A DNA stretch of 60,554 nucleotides, counting the filler. It is 7 parts of 7 records of this genome, joined end to end, with 100 filler letters (N's around TTAATTAATTAA, not from the genome) between each part and the next. Parts side by side here need not be neighbours in the genome. Positions count along the whole stretch, not along the records: positions 1 to 12,853 come from SRR31156797_51022; positions 12,954 to 26,245 come from SRR31156797_51095; 5 more parts are not named here. One strand, written 5' to 3'. The translations under genes and the position numbers were made by a program. The notes under the pieces were generated by a model that saw only the letters and a program-made list of their open reading frames with translations, was not told the origin of the DNA and did not search any database. Shown here piece by piece: positions 9,700 through 19,323 of this stretch (the first letter of the stretch is position 1; every line of letters begins with the position of its first letter).

Positions 9700-10977
9700 T
9701 TACTTGATTTCTTTCAGGCGGGGAAGTTGCTTCACCATCTGTAAGCCCAGTCTGAGCTGGTTGTCTCTTTCAAGCATTTTTTTGGCTTTGTCATCCTGCA
9801 GTTTTGCATTTTTCTTGTCCTTGCCGTTGTTTTCAAGATGACGGCTGAGGTCTTTTTCTCGCAGGATGAAGCGGTCGTCTTTATCCTTGTCTTCTACTGG
9901 AGGAACGAAGGGGTAGATGATATCGGGATCAATTCCCTCGGCCTGAATTGAACGGCCGCTGGGGGTGTAGTAAAGAGCGGTGGTCAGCTTGATACCGGAG
10001 CCGTCAGCCATGGGAATGATCGTTTGAACAGATCCTTTACCGAAGGTGCGTTCGCCGAGCAGTAGTGCGCGGTCATGGTCCTTGAGCGCTCCGGCTACGA
10101 TTTCGGAAGCTGATGCGGAACCTGCGTTAATCAGGGTCACGATGGGCACATGCACGTCTGTTGCCTGCTCATCAGCCATGAAGTCTTTGCGGCTGGCTTT
10201 GTTGCGGCCTTCAATATAGACGATCAGGCCGTTGTTAATGAAGGTATCGGCTACGGATACAGCCTGTGTGAGCAGTCCGCCGGGGTTGTTGCGAAGGTCA
10301 AGTATTACACCTTTGAGATTGTGTTTTTTCTTGTAATCGCGAAGGGCTTTATGCATTTCACGGGTAGTGTTTTCGTTGAATCTGGTCAGTCGAAGGTAGA
10401 GGATTCCGTCTTCCAACTCCTGGCTTTTTGCACTGATGATGGGAATGGTATCGCGGGTGATGGTTATTTTATCCGGCTTGTTGGCATCCTTGTGCAGGAT
10501 GGTCAGGATTACATCGGTACCGCGTTTACCTCTGATTTTGCCCACTGCTTCCATAAGGGAAATGGACTGGGTGGATTCACCATTAATTTCGAGGATAATG
10601 TCTCCTGCTTTGAGACCAGCCTTGTATGCCGGAGTATCTTCAATAGGGGAGATTACAGTCAGGCGGCCTTTTTCCATGCTGATTTCGATGCCGATTCCGC
10701 TGAATTCACCGCTGGTGGATTCCTGCATTTCCTTGAAATCATCAGTGGAAAGAAAAGTAGAGTGCGGGTCGAGCTGTTCGAGCATGCCCTTTACTGCGTC
10801 ATCAACAAGTTCTTTGCGGGAGATGTCGTTAACGTAATTATGTTCTACCAGATCAAGCACCTGCGAAAATCTGCGCAGGGGTTCAAAGCGGTTTTCATCA
10901 ACGGCTTGTGTTGGTTCCGGTGCAACGGAGATTACGAAAAGAGTGACGATCGCGATCATCCACAAAGTTTTTCTCAT
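9700..10977 (-). CDS. ctpA: Carboxyl-terminal processing protease, S41 family
   Basis: LDPHS, PDZ GIGI, LDLRNNPGG, SASASEI and TFGKGSVQ motifs. Confidence 0.95.
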   Translation of the reverse strand: MRKTLWMIAIVTLFVISVAPEPTQAVDENRFEPLRRFSQVLDLVEHNYVNDISRKELVDDAVKGMLEQLDPHSTFLSTDDFKEMQESTSGEFSGIGIEISMEKGRLTVISPIEDTPAYKAGLKAGDIILEINGESTQSISLMEAVGKIRGKRGTDVILTILHKDANKPDKITITRDTIPIISAKSQELEDGILYLRLTRFNENTTREMHKALRDYKKKHNLKGVILDLRNNPGGLLTQAVSVADTFINNGLIVYIEGRNKASRKDFMADEQATDVHVPIVTLINAGSASASEIVAGALKDHDRALLLGERTFGKGSVQTIIPMADGSGIKLTTALYYTPSGRSIQAEGIDPDIIYPFVPPVEDKDKDDRFILREKDLSRHLENNGKDKKNAKLQDDKAKKMLERDNQLRLGLQMVKQLPRLKEIK

Positions 10978-11026
10978 GTGTTCCTCCAGCGTGGTGGGTG
11001 CTGTATCTTGCTCAAGTTCTTATACA

Positions 11027-12151
11027 TTAATTTCGGGCAAGCCATTTTTGCGGGTTAACGGGTTTCTGATGGAAACGCAATTCAAAATAGAGTCCCGTTT
11101 CTTTCAAGTTAGGGTAATACCCTGTTTTACCGATAATTTCATCCTTTTCAACCTCCTGTCCGGTTTTAACAAAACTTTCGGCCAGGTAGGCGTAAAGGGA
11201 GTAATAGTTGTAGCCGTGATAAATAATCACAACCCGCCCGAATCCTCTGAGGGTGTCGTTATGCACAACCTTGCCCCAGAATATTGATTTTACATCAACA
11301 TTTCCGGTGGTCTGGATTCCGATACCGCGTACAGGCGGTTTGGCGGAAGGCTTGAACCGGACCTTGGTCTTTCCCTCGCATGGGCGAGGTAAGGACCCTT
11401 TAAAATTGGCAATTTTTTTGCTTGTCAGGCTTTTAAGTCTGTAATTCAGTTTGTTGATTGTTTCAAGGAGACCTTTCAGTTCCTGTTCTCTGCTGATCTT
11501 CAGGGCCCGGATGGATTTGATTCCGGCCAGCAGGCTGAGTTTATCCTTGAGTAAACCATCTTTTGTGTTGTTAATTTTCGAAAGCTTAGATTGCGCCCTC
11601 AAGCGCAAATCTTTTTGAACTTCAAGATTAGCTGTAATTTCGTCAGCTTTTTCCTGTGCTTTGTCCAATTCAACTTTGGTATCTTTATAAAGTGAAGCCA
11701 GCCAGACGAAATTACGGTCAGCCTTTTCCCAGTCATCTAACGAGCCGAACCTGTTTTCAAGCTTGCGGGAATGAACCGGCCATAGCTTGGTCAGCATGGT
11801 TTTCAGCTTATCAACAATTTCATCCAACTCATCTTCAAGAACACGCTGGTCCGCTTTGGCTGCCTGCTCGTCTTCCATGATGCCTGCGAGATCGTCTTCC
11901 TGCCGAAAGAGTTTCCGCTCAACATTACTGATGCGGTCCTCAATGGCGGCAAGCTCCCCGAACATGCTGCGTTCTTCGCGGGTCAGCTTTAGCAGTTTTT
12001 GTTTCTGCTCTTTAACCGTTTGCCTTGTGTCCTGAATCTCTTCTTTAAGCCTGGTTACCGTGGAGTCCGCAAAAACGGGCATAATTCCGCAGAGCATCAG
12101 CAGTGCGATAGTCACGACAATCAGGTATGTTTTGGTAAGAGTTCGGTCCAT
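11027..12151 (-). CDS. Murein hydrolase activator EnvC-like (coiled coil + degenerate M23)
   Basis: Long coiled coil. The M23 domain lacks the HxxxD and HxH zinc ligands (RGIGI, GLYFELR). Confidence 0.88.
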   Translation of the reverse strand: MDRTLTKTYLIVVTIALLMLCGIMPVFADSTVTRLKEEIQDTRQTVKEQKQKLLKLTREERSMFGELAAIEDRISNVERKLFRQEDDLAGIMEDEQAAKADQRVLEDELDEIVDKLKTMLTKLWPVHSRKLENRFGSLDDWEKADRNFVWLASLYKDTKVELDKAQEKADEITANLEVQKDLRLRAQSKLSKINNTKDGLLKDKLSLLAGIKSIRALKISREQELKGLLETINKLNYRLKSLTSKKIANFKGSLPRPCEGKTKVRFKPSAKPPVRGIGIQTTGNVDVKSIFWGKVVHNDTLRGFGRVVIIYHGYNYYSLYAYLAESFVKTGQEVEKDEIIGKTGYYPNLKETGLYFELRFHQKPVNPQKWLARN

Positions 12152-12160
12152 AAGCTGAAA

Positions 12161-12814
12161 TCAGTTTTCCAGAAATTTACCCAGTGGGCAGTTGTCACAA
12201 TCAGGGTTTGATTTTTTACACCATTCTTTAGCCGTCCGCACAATCAAGGCGTGATATTCATTGTACATTTCCACGTCGGGATCAAGCACATCCATGAAAT
12301 AATCCTGCAATTCATGGTAATCAATGTCTTCATGAACCAGCATATGACGGTTGAAAATCCTGCGTGTGTAGGCATCGACCACAAACACAGGTTTATTCAA
12401 AGCGTAGAGCAGAATGGAATCCGCAGTTTCCGGTCCGATTCCGTTGACTGCCAACAGTTTCTCGCGCAGTTCAAAGGTCTCCATATCTTCCAGGTCCGTG
12501 ATACACCTTGCAGAGTTGGCGTCAAGGAAATCGAGGAAGTTCTTGAGTCTTAACGCTTTCATTCGGAAAAAGCCGGAAGGTTTGATCTGCTCCTGCAGTT
12601 CATCCATGGAGAACTTACGCAATCCCTGCGGGGTCAGGCCATCGTTTTCTTTAAGATTATTGATGGCCTTTTCCACGTTAGTCCAGTTTGTATTCTGGAC
12701 TAGAATAGCGCCTATCGCAATCTCAAACGGGCTTTCTCCCGGCCACCAGTGGCAAGGTCCCAATCTTTCAGAAAGGGCCTTGTAATATTCAAATAATGTG
12801 TTTTCTCTATTCAT
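12161..12814 (-). CDS. Endonuclease III-related HhH-GPD protein
   Basis: GAILVQNTNW, GIGPETADSILLY, VVDAYT and C-terminal C..C..C motifs. Confidence 0.92.
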   Translation of the reverse strand: MNRENTLFEYYKALSERLGPCHWWPGESPFEIAIGAILVQNTNWTNVEKAINNLKENDGLTPQGLRKFSMDELQEQIKPSGFFRMKALRLKNFLDFLDANSARCITDLEDMETFELREKLLAVNGIGPETADSILLYALNKPVFVVDAYTRRIFNRHMLVHEDIDYHELQDYFMDVLDPDVEMYNEYHALIVRTAKEWCKKSNPDCDNCPLGKFLEN

Positions 12815-12853
12815 TTAATTACTTAAACTAATAGGGATTCCAAAGGGGCTTAG

Positions 12854-12953
12854 NNNNNNNNNNNNNNNNNNNNNNNNNNNNNNNNNNNNNNNNNNNNTTA
12901 ATTAATTAANNNNNNNNNNNNNNNNNNNNNNNNNNNNNNNNNNNNNNNNNNNN
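12854..12953. other. Artificial contig spacer 1
   Basis: N44-TTAATTAATTAA-N44, with stops in all six frames. Confidence 0.99.
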
Positions 12954-12955
12954 GC

Positions 12956-13510
12956 GGGACAAACTCCGTCCGATCCGACTTCAGGATCATAGCCGCCACC
13001 AATCAGAATATCGACGCGATGATCAAGGCAGGTAAATTTCGTTCCGATCTCTATTACCGGCTCAACGTATTTCCCATTCACATCTGTCCCCTTCGGGCCC
13101 GTAAAGAAGATATTCCGATCCTGGCCATGCATTTTCTCCGGATCTTCAATGGAAAAATGGGGAAAAAGGTAAAGGGCATATCGGAATCCCAGATGAAATG
13201 CCTCATGGAAAATGACTGGCCCGGCAATGTGCGGGAACTGAGCCACATTATTGAGAGGGCGGTCATCTTGAGCGAAAGCCGTTTCCTAAAGGTTCCCAGC
13301 CTGAAGCGATTTTCGCACAATGAGGGAGAAATAAAACAACTCGTGAGTCTTGAGGAGATGGAAAAGGGGTATATCATCAGTGTTCTTGAGGCCTGTAACT
13401 GGAAGGTAAGCGGGCGAAAAGGGGCTGCGGAAGTCCTCAAGCTGAACCCATCCACCCTGTACTCAAAGATCAGACGCCTCGGGATACAAAGAAAAATAAG
13501 CTACCTGTGA
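12956..13510 (+). CDS. Sigma54-dependent Fis-family activator (5'-truncated)
   Basis: RIIAATN, FRSDLYYRLNVFPI and WPGNVREL motifs plus a C-terminal HTH (GAAEVLKLNPSTLYSK). Confidence 0.93.
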   Translation, partial: GTNSVRSDFRIIAATNQNIDAMIKAGKFRSDLYYRLNVFPIHICPLRARKEDIPILAMHFLRIFNGKMGKKVKGISESQMKCLMENDWPGNVRELSHIIERAVILSESRFLKVPSLKRFSHNEGEIKQLVSLEEMEKGYIISVLEACNWKVSGRKGAAEVLKLNPSTLYSKIRRLGIQRKISYL

Positions 13511-13579
13511 GCAACCGGGGACCATCGCCTGTCCACGGCAAATAATGGGAAAAAGGGACCTTGGGAACGGGGCGGAACC

Positions 13580-16051
13580 CTACTTTCCGCCGACGGCTTT
13601 CCACTCCAGTTCTTCCACATACTTATGATATAGACCGGTTTTTACTCTGCCGCCGGACTTGCCTTCAATCAACGACACCTTTGGACCTGTTTCGGGTGTT
13701 GACGGTTTTTGTGTCCGGGGCGGCAGGAGAAAATCCACCAATCTCGGTCCTTTCTCGCGGGGTTTCCCCCGGGAGGGCATGGGGGTCCGGCCGGGAACAA
13801 AGGTTTCCAGCTCCATGACGACCCTGTCCGCCTCTTCGCGAAGGGAGAACTCGACAAACCGGCCGTGGAGTGACCTTTCCACCCGCCTGGCCGTGAGGAC
13901 CATGAACTCGATGAAATCTTCCATTAACCGAGAGGGTTCCAATGAGTGGCCCATGGCTTCCATCATTTCACGATATGCATCAAAAAAGCGGGCCATCTTT
14001 TCCCGTTCACCGGCAATAGTTCGCGTGTTGAAACGACTCCGGTAAACCCTTGTTTCCCGGGATGCCCCCGCATCCATATTGATCAGGGCCTGCTTTTCAG
14101 AGGTCGCTTGTCCCTTTTCCACCAATGCCGTACCCACTTCGGCCAAAGCGATGATTTCTTCGGGCGACCGGCGGAATCCTTCATCAATCTCCTGCCAGGG
14201 AACCACCCGGGTAATTTCTTCAAAGGACGTCGTCCCTTTCAGCACCTTGTAAAAACCGTCTTCCCGCATGGTCACAAGACTTGACGATTCCCGGGCCAGA
14301 CGCCTGATTTCCCCGGATGTTTTGCGCGCCAGGATGGCGTCTCGAATCATATCGTTGACCACCAAAAGCTCATGGATGCCCGTCCGGCCACGATACCCCA
14401 TTTGATTGCAGTGGGCGCATCCGCCGGGTTTATAAAATTTGAATGTTTCCATGTTTTCCGGCCGAACCCCCAGGGCATCCAGTTCATATTTTTCGGGGAT
14501 ATAGGGCAACCTGCATTGGGGGCAAAGGACCCGAACCAGTCTCTGGGCCAATACGGAGACAACGGTGGATGATATGAGAAACGTGTCGATACCCATGTCC
14601 ATAAGCCTTAAGAGCGCGCCGGTGGTATCTTCCGTATGAAAGGTGGACAGAACCTTATGCCCGGTCAGAGCGGCCTGGATGACCGCTTCCGCCGCAGTGG
14701 AATCCCTGATTTCCCCCACCATGATAACATCCGGGTCCTGACGCATCATGGATTTAATAAAATCCACATAAGTATGCCCCAGTTTGGGGTTGAGCTGGCC
14801 TTGAACGATGCCGTCGATAACGTATTCCACCGGGTCCTCCACGGTGATAATGGATGTCTTGCCGTCATTGAGGTAATTGATCCCCGCATAAAGGGTCGTT
14901 GTTTTGCCGCTTCCCGTGGGTCCCGTAACCAGAATCACCCCTGACGGCTGATCCAGAATTTGAAGAAAACGGATCTTGTTCTGCGGCGTAATCCCCAGCT
15001 GATCGATGTCGATCAGAGCGCTTTTACGGTAAAGAATCCGAATAACAATGTTTTCCCCAAAGGCGGCGGCATAGACCGACACCCTCAAATCAACCTCTTT
15101 GTCCATCACCTGGGCATGAATGCGACCGTCCTGATGTTTCCGCTTCTCGGCAATATCCAATCTGCACAGCACCTTGATTCGGGAAGCGAGGCTGAGGGCC
15201 AGTGAAACCGGCAGGTCCGTTTTGTGGTGCAGGATTCCGTCGATTCGGTATCTTATGCGGATACTTTCTTCCTTCGGCTCAATATGAATGTCGCTGGCGC
15301 CTTCAAGGATGGCATTGGTAAAGATGTAGTCCACCACCCCGCTGGTGGTGTCCCCCGAATCCATGGAAATTTTTTTATCCCCGATGAAAAGGTCCTTTGT
15401 TTCTTTGTGGGAGAATGCTTTCTTTTCGAAAGAGACCTTTTGAAAATGCTGACGGATGGCGTTACGAATGTCGGTGGACGAGGCGATGGCCGGTTTGATT
15501 TTGCGGACCTTGAAAACGCGGCCCAGATTCTGAATCATCTCCCGGTCAAGGGGATTGCTCATGATCAGGGTCAGCACATCATTTTCCTTGAAGGCGGGAA
15601 TAATTTCGTTGCTCAGCAGAAATTCCTCGCTGATCCCTTTCAAAAGCGTCTTGTCGATCAGATGAAAATCGGGTGCCACCTTGAGAATTCCCATCTGAAG
15701 GGATAATGCGTCCACAAGGGCGCTCTCCGTGATAAAGCCCTTACCAACCAGGATTTCACCCAATTTTCCGCCCATCTTCTTTTGATGGCGCAGCCCTTCA
15801 TCCAGCTGCTGGGGCGTGATCAGCCCCAGGTTGATGAGCAGATCCCCCACGGAGATTCTTTTCCGGTATTGATTGAGTATCTGGTGCAGACGGGATCGGG
15901 AGAGAAATTTCAGATCGACACAAACCTCCCCGAGCGGTTTGTACGCCGTTCCCTCTTTTTTTGCGGCCAGAGCCTTTTCAAGCTGTTCCCGGGTGATGGC
16001 CCCTTCCCGGATGAGCAGTTCACCAACCCTAAGTCTGCCAGCCCCTTTCAT
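13580..16051 (-). CDS. PilB/GspE-family secretion ATPase with tandem MshEN motifs and a C-terminal extension
   Basis: ASDIHIEP, GPTGSGKTTT, TVEDPVEY, RQDPDVIMVGEIRD, TGH..STFH and CPQC/CAHC. Four (R/K)LG-like MshEN half-motifs at the N-terminus. Confidence 0.93.
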   Translation of the reverse strand: MKGAGRLRVGELLIREGAITREQLEKALAAKKEGTAYKPLGEVCVDLKFLSRSRLHQILNQYRKRISVGDLLINLGLITPQQLDEGLRHQKKMGGKLGEILVGKGFITESALVDALSLQMGILKVAPDFHLIDKTLLKGISEEFLLSNEIIPAFKENDVLTLIMSNPLDREMIQNLGRVFKVRKIKPAIASSTDIRNAIRQHFQKVSFEKKAFSHKETKDLFIGDKKISMDSGDTTSGVVDYIFTNAILEGASDIHIEPKEESIRIRYRIDGILHHKTDLPVSLALSLASRIKVLCRLDIAEKRKHQDGRIHAQVMDKEVDLRVSVYAAAFGENIVIRILYRKSALIDIDQLGITPQNKIRFLQILDQPSGVILVTGPTGSGKTTTLYAGINYLNDGKTSIITVEDPVEYVIDGIVQGQLNPKLGHTYVDFIKSMMRQDPDVIMVGEIRDSTAAEAVIQAALTGHKVLSTFHTEDTTGALLRLMDMGIDTFLISSTVVSVLAQRLVRVLCPQCRLPYIPEKYELDALGVRPENMETFKFYKPGGCAHCNQMGYRGRTGIHELLVVNDMIRDAILARKTSGEIRRLARESSSLVTMREDGFYKVLKGTTSFEEITRVVPWQEIDEGFRRSPEEIIALAEVGTALVEKGQATSEKQALINMDAGASRETRVYRSRFNTRTIAGEREKMARFFDAYREMMEAMGHSLEPSRLMEDFIEFMVLTARRVERSLHGRFVEFSLREEADRVVMELETFVPGRTPMPSRGKPREKGPRLVDFLLPPRTQKPSTPETGPKVSLIEGKSGGRVKTGLYHKYVEELEWKAVGGK

Positions 16052-17547
16052 TGCCGTACAACCTCATTTCTTTTCGATTGTGGGGCGGAGACAACCGACA
16101 AAGGGAATTTTTCTTCATTCGGTTTCGGGGTTGCCTTTTTCGGCATGGCACCGGCGAAAAATGACTCGGGGGTTTGGTCCTGTTCGGGGTCAAATTCACA
16201 CACCCCCATGCGGGACGTCAACCGGCCCAGGGAGGGCATTTGAACCGAAATATCCTGGAGCACATTATTTTGTACCCGATGCATGGGAATCTTTGCGTTT
16301 TCAAAAGATGTATGGGTGAGTAAAAAGGCAAAATTGGCCCGGTTCCATCTTGCAACGATGTCCGCTTTTCGCAGGGTCCGAAAAATGGCATTTTGAATAA
16401 CACGAATGATCTCAATTTCCTCCTCGGGAAGCAAGTCCTTCGTGACTTCATCAAAATTGGCAATGATAATGGTAATCAGGGTGAGGCTATATCTGTTTCT
16501 TCTGGCATTGGCAATCTCCCGCCCCAGAACTTCCATGAAAAATGTCATGGAATATCCTTTGGTGGCCATATCGATGACGGAGAGTTCCTGGCTTTTTCTG
16601 GCCAGACTCTTCTTTTCCAGTACCCCATGGGCCAGGTCCAGCGCCAGCCACAGCACCTGCTGTTCTTCCTTTGTCATTTCCCCCACATGAATGTTTTCAA
16701 AATACAGGGCTGAATATATGGGCACGTCCTCTTTGGTATGGATGTAAATTTCACCACCCTCCGCCTCAATCACCCCCGGCAGGGGAACAGCCAAGAAGAA
16801 ATTTGTGATATCATCAGGTTTTAACAGCATGGAATGGGTTTGCCACAAATGGCCCACAACCAGCTTATTGATATCATCGATCTTTTCCCGGTCAATGGTG
16901 TCATCGCCGCTGAAGTATATTTCACCATGGTTGTCGGATATTAACAGCGCTGCGCTAAGGGTAAAAGGGTAGAGGGAATGGATGATGGTCATGAGCCCTT
17001 GCACGAGATCGGCCGGACTGGTCTCCCAAGCATCCATCATATTAATTTCGTTAAGGATATTGGCTCTAAGCAGATCCTGCTCCAGAAGGGTGGTGGCCAT
17101 CATCAAAATGGCCTGGTCATCCAGTTCGGGTATGACATTGAAATGGCTGATAATCTGTCGGGCGGGTTTATGCCTGAAAACCAGTCCCTCAAGAGCGACA
17201 CCCCAAGCCCTTTCAGAGACAGGTGTTATAAGATAGCCGTCCCCGCGGCACACTTTGCTCCAGTATCGGTCCAAAGCGTTTCCGGAGGCCGCCACATGCA
17301 GGATCGGCACATCACGCACAAAAGGATCCTGTTTCAGTACCCGCGCACACTGATATCCATTCATTCCCCTGAGATGAACGTCAAGGAGAATCAGGTCCGG
17401 CTTCCTCCCATAGACTTTTCGAACGGCGTCAATACCATTGTCACATGCGATGATTTCCGTTCCCTGTCTTTCCAGCAGGCCGCGGATGGACCCGTCCGAG
17501 GTCTCCGGATTTTCTGCAAACAATATTTTCTTCAGATCGGGAGGCAT
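16048..17547 (-). CDS. Atypical receiver domain + degenerate GGDEF domain protein
   Basis: REC (PDLILLDV) at the N-terminus. C-terminal GGDEF fold has RKAD..ARWNRANF in place of RxxD..GGDEF. Start placed at MPPDLKK. 4-nt overlap with the ATPase. Confidence 0.8.
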   Translation of the reverse strand: MPPDLKKILFAENPETSDGSIRGLLERQGTEIIACDNGIDAVRKVYGRKPDLILLDVHLRGMNGYQCARVLKQDPFVRDVPILHVAASGNALDRYWSKVCRGDGYLITPVSERAWGVALEGLVFRHKPARQIISHFNVIPELDDQAILMMATTLLEQDLLRANILNEINMMDAWETSPADLVQGLMTIIHSLYPFTLSAALLISDNHGEIYFSGDDTIDREKIDDINKLVVGHLWQTHSMLLKPDDITNFFLAVPLPGVIEAEGGEIYIHTKEDVPIYSALYFENIHVGEMTKEEQQVLWLALDLAHGVLEKKSLARKSQELSVIDMATKGYSMTFFMEVLGREIANARRNRYSLTLITIIIANFDEVTKDLLPEEEIEIIRVIQNAIFRTLRKADIVARWNRANFAFLLTHTSFENAKIPMHRVQNNVLQDISVQMPSLGRLTSRMGVCEFDPEQDQTPESFFAGAMPKKATPKPNEEKFPLSVVSAPQSKRNEVVRQ

Positions 17548-17618
17548 TCTGTTTTCCCTAAAGTGGCATGTCCAATTCCTTCTCCCCTGCAATCCATGCC
17601 GGCAGGGGTTAAACGCTT

Positions 17619-18083
17619 TCAATAAATGCCCTCGCGGCATCCGGCGGCCATGGTTTTCCCCAAGGTTTCGCATTGATCAAGGGTTTTCCCGTCAACAGCG
17701 CCTTTTGCCATCACAGGTGTAATAACCTTCTTGAATTGATAGCCCAGACAAATCCGTTCGATATGGGTTAAAGCGCCGGTTCCATCATTGCCGGCACTGA
17801 TAAGGACGGCGTACGGTTTTTTGAATATTTCTCTTTTGCCCCGCGCTTCATTGTAGGTTCGGTCAAAAAAATCTTTGACCATTCCCGCCATATAACCGAA
17901 ATATTCAGGGGAAGCGATGATCAGCCCGTGGCATGAAAGGAGGTCGTCAAGGGTTGCCTCTGAAGCCTTTTTCAAATCAGCATCCACACCCTCCATGGAG
18001 CGGACCCCATCAGCAGCCTTTTGGGCCATTTTTTGCGTGTTTCCGCTTTGTGAATGGTAAACAACCAGGATTTTACACGTCAA
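17619..18083 (-). CDS. Flavodoxin/WrbA-like NAD(P)H-dependent oxidoreductase
   Basis: ILVVYHSQSGNT and ASPEYFG motifs. TTG start after AGGAG. Confidence 0.88.
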   Translation of the reverse strand: MTCKILVVYHSQSGNTQKMAQKAADGVRSMEGVDADLKKASEATLDDLLSCHGLIIASPEYFGYMAGMVKDFFDRTYNEARGKREIFKKPYAVLISAGNDGTGALTHIERICLGYQFKKVITPVMAKGAVDGKTLDQCETLGKTMAAGCREGIY

Positions 18084-18116
18084 TGGTTTCTCCTGCAACA
18101 CTTTGAAAAACGGGTG

Positions 18117-18695
18117 TTAAAAATAAACACCAAACATCAGGATCACCGAATCAACGCTCGTATTATCCCCGCTCAGATAGGCGTTTGACAGATGGTCCCA
18201 GCGCAGGGATGTAAACAACGATTCCCGGCCCATGGGAAACTCAAACCCGAACCCTGCTTTGGGATTGAAATTGAGACGGGATCCCTGGCCTTCCACGCGA
18301 AAACCCGTGTAAATAAGCCCGATGCCGCCCTCGATGTAGGGTTTAACGGTTTCCGATTCAAAAAAATCGAGGTAATACAGCGCCATCATCCCGGCCGATG
18401 CCATGACCCAATTGTCGGGGGTTGTGGTGGAGCCCAGACTGCACTCCACTTTAAACCGCAGATTTTCGGGTGCACTGTGGGGCCAAATTTTGTCATAGTC
18501 AAACATGACCAGATAGTTGGCCAGGATAAACCCGATGTCGCTGTCGGGATGAAAAGTGTTCCCGTAACTGAGGGCAAAACCGAAACGGGTGGGGACCTCT
18601 TCGGTATTTTGCTCCTCGGCTGGCGATGTTTCGTTAAGCAGCATTATGGCAAAAAAAGTCACCCAAACCACAAACAGCGTCTGTTTCAGCTTCAT
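18117..18695 (-). CDS. PagL-like (acyloxyacyl hydrolase) outer-membrane beta-barrel
   Basis: Signal peptide, PY.EGGIG, LNF and HLSNA (His-x-Ser) motifs, terminal Phe. Confidence 0.75.
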   Translation of the reverse strand: MKLKQTLFVVWVTFFAIMLLNETSPAEEQNTEEVPTRFGFALSYGNTFHPDSDIGFILANYLVMFDYDKIWPHSAPENLRFKVECSLGSTTTPDNWVMASAGMMALYYLDFFESETVKPYIEGGIGLIYTGFRVEGQGSRLNFNPKAGFGFEFPMGRESLFTSLRWDHLSNAYLSGDNTSVDSVILMFGVYF

Positions 18696-18732
18696 ATTAC
18701 CATACCTTGATTTTAAATGGAAAAATCGGCCA

Positions 18733-19299
18733 TCAGAAATTCCTCGGTTTGCATACCACTTCCCGTATGCGCATATCAAACATGTGGGATTGGTTTGCCG
18801 GCTTCAGGATCAGGGCCGTATCCGAACCTTTACCGCTGCCTCCGATGGAAACCACATCATTTCCCGATAGCGCACCCGAATCAGCGGCCATGATGGCCAC
18901 CTCCACGGCCACTTTGGTCCCCTGGCCGAAGAGCCTTAATGTATCCGCAATGAGAAGGGCCGGATAAACACCCCCGTGTTTTTTGGCCACGGCCCGTTCC
19001 ACACCGGAAAGGGCGTGGGTTGCGGATATGACCTTGATTCCCCGAGACTCCAGATCCTTTCTGATGCCCGGATCCATAACCGATTGGAAGGGCTTCCTGA
19101 ACCCGCAATGGTAACTGACCGCCGTAATGGTGAACTTTTCAAAAATATCAACTGCTTTTAGTGCCGTATCACCGGTAGTGGAAGCGAGTACCACTTCATT
19201 TAAGCCGAGTGCCGTGGCCCTTTCAAAAGCCCTTTCCAGGGTTTCTTCCGTGTTGGTCTTTCCAGGTCCTTCGAAGTACATGGGTCTCCTTTTTACCAT
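18733..19299 (-). CDS. Stand-alone pyruvate kinase C-terminal (alpha/beta) domain protein
   Basis: YF..PG..NT, VLASTTG.TA, THALSG, GQG.KV..E...MAAD.G and GG...G.DTA motifs. Confidence 0.85.
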   Translation of the reverse strand: MVKRRPMYFEGPGKTNTEETLERAFERATALGLNEVVLASTTGDTALKAVDIFEKFTITAVSYHCGFRKPFQSVMDPGIRKDLESRGIKVISATHALSGVERAVAKKHGGVYPALLIADTLRLFGQGTKVAVEVAIMAADSGALSGNDVVSIGGSGKGSDTALILKPANQSHMFDMRIREVVCKPRNF

Positions 19300-19323
19300 C
19301 TTTCTTTTATATATGGGTTCACT

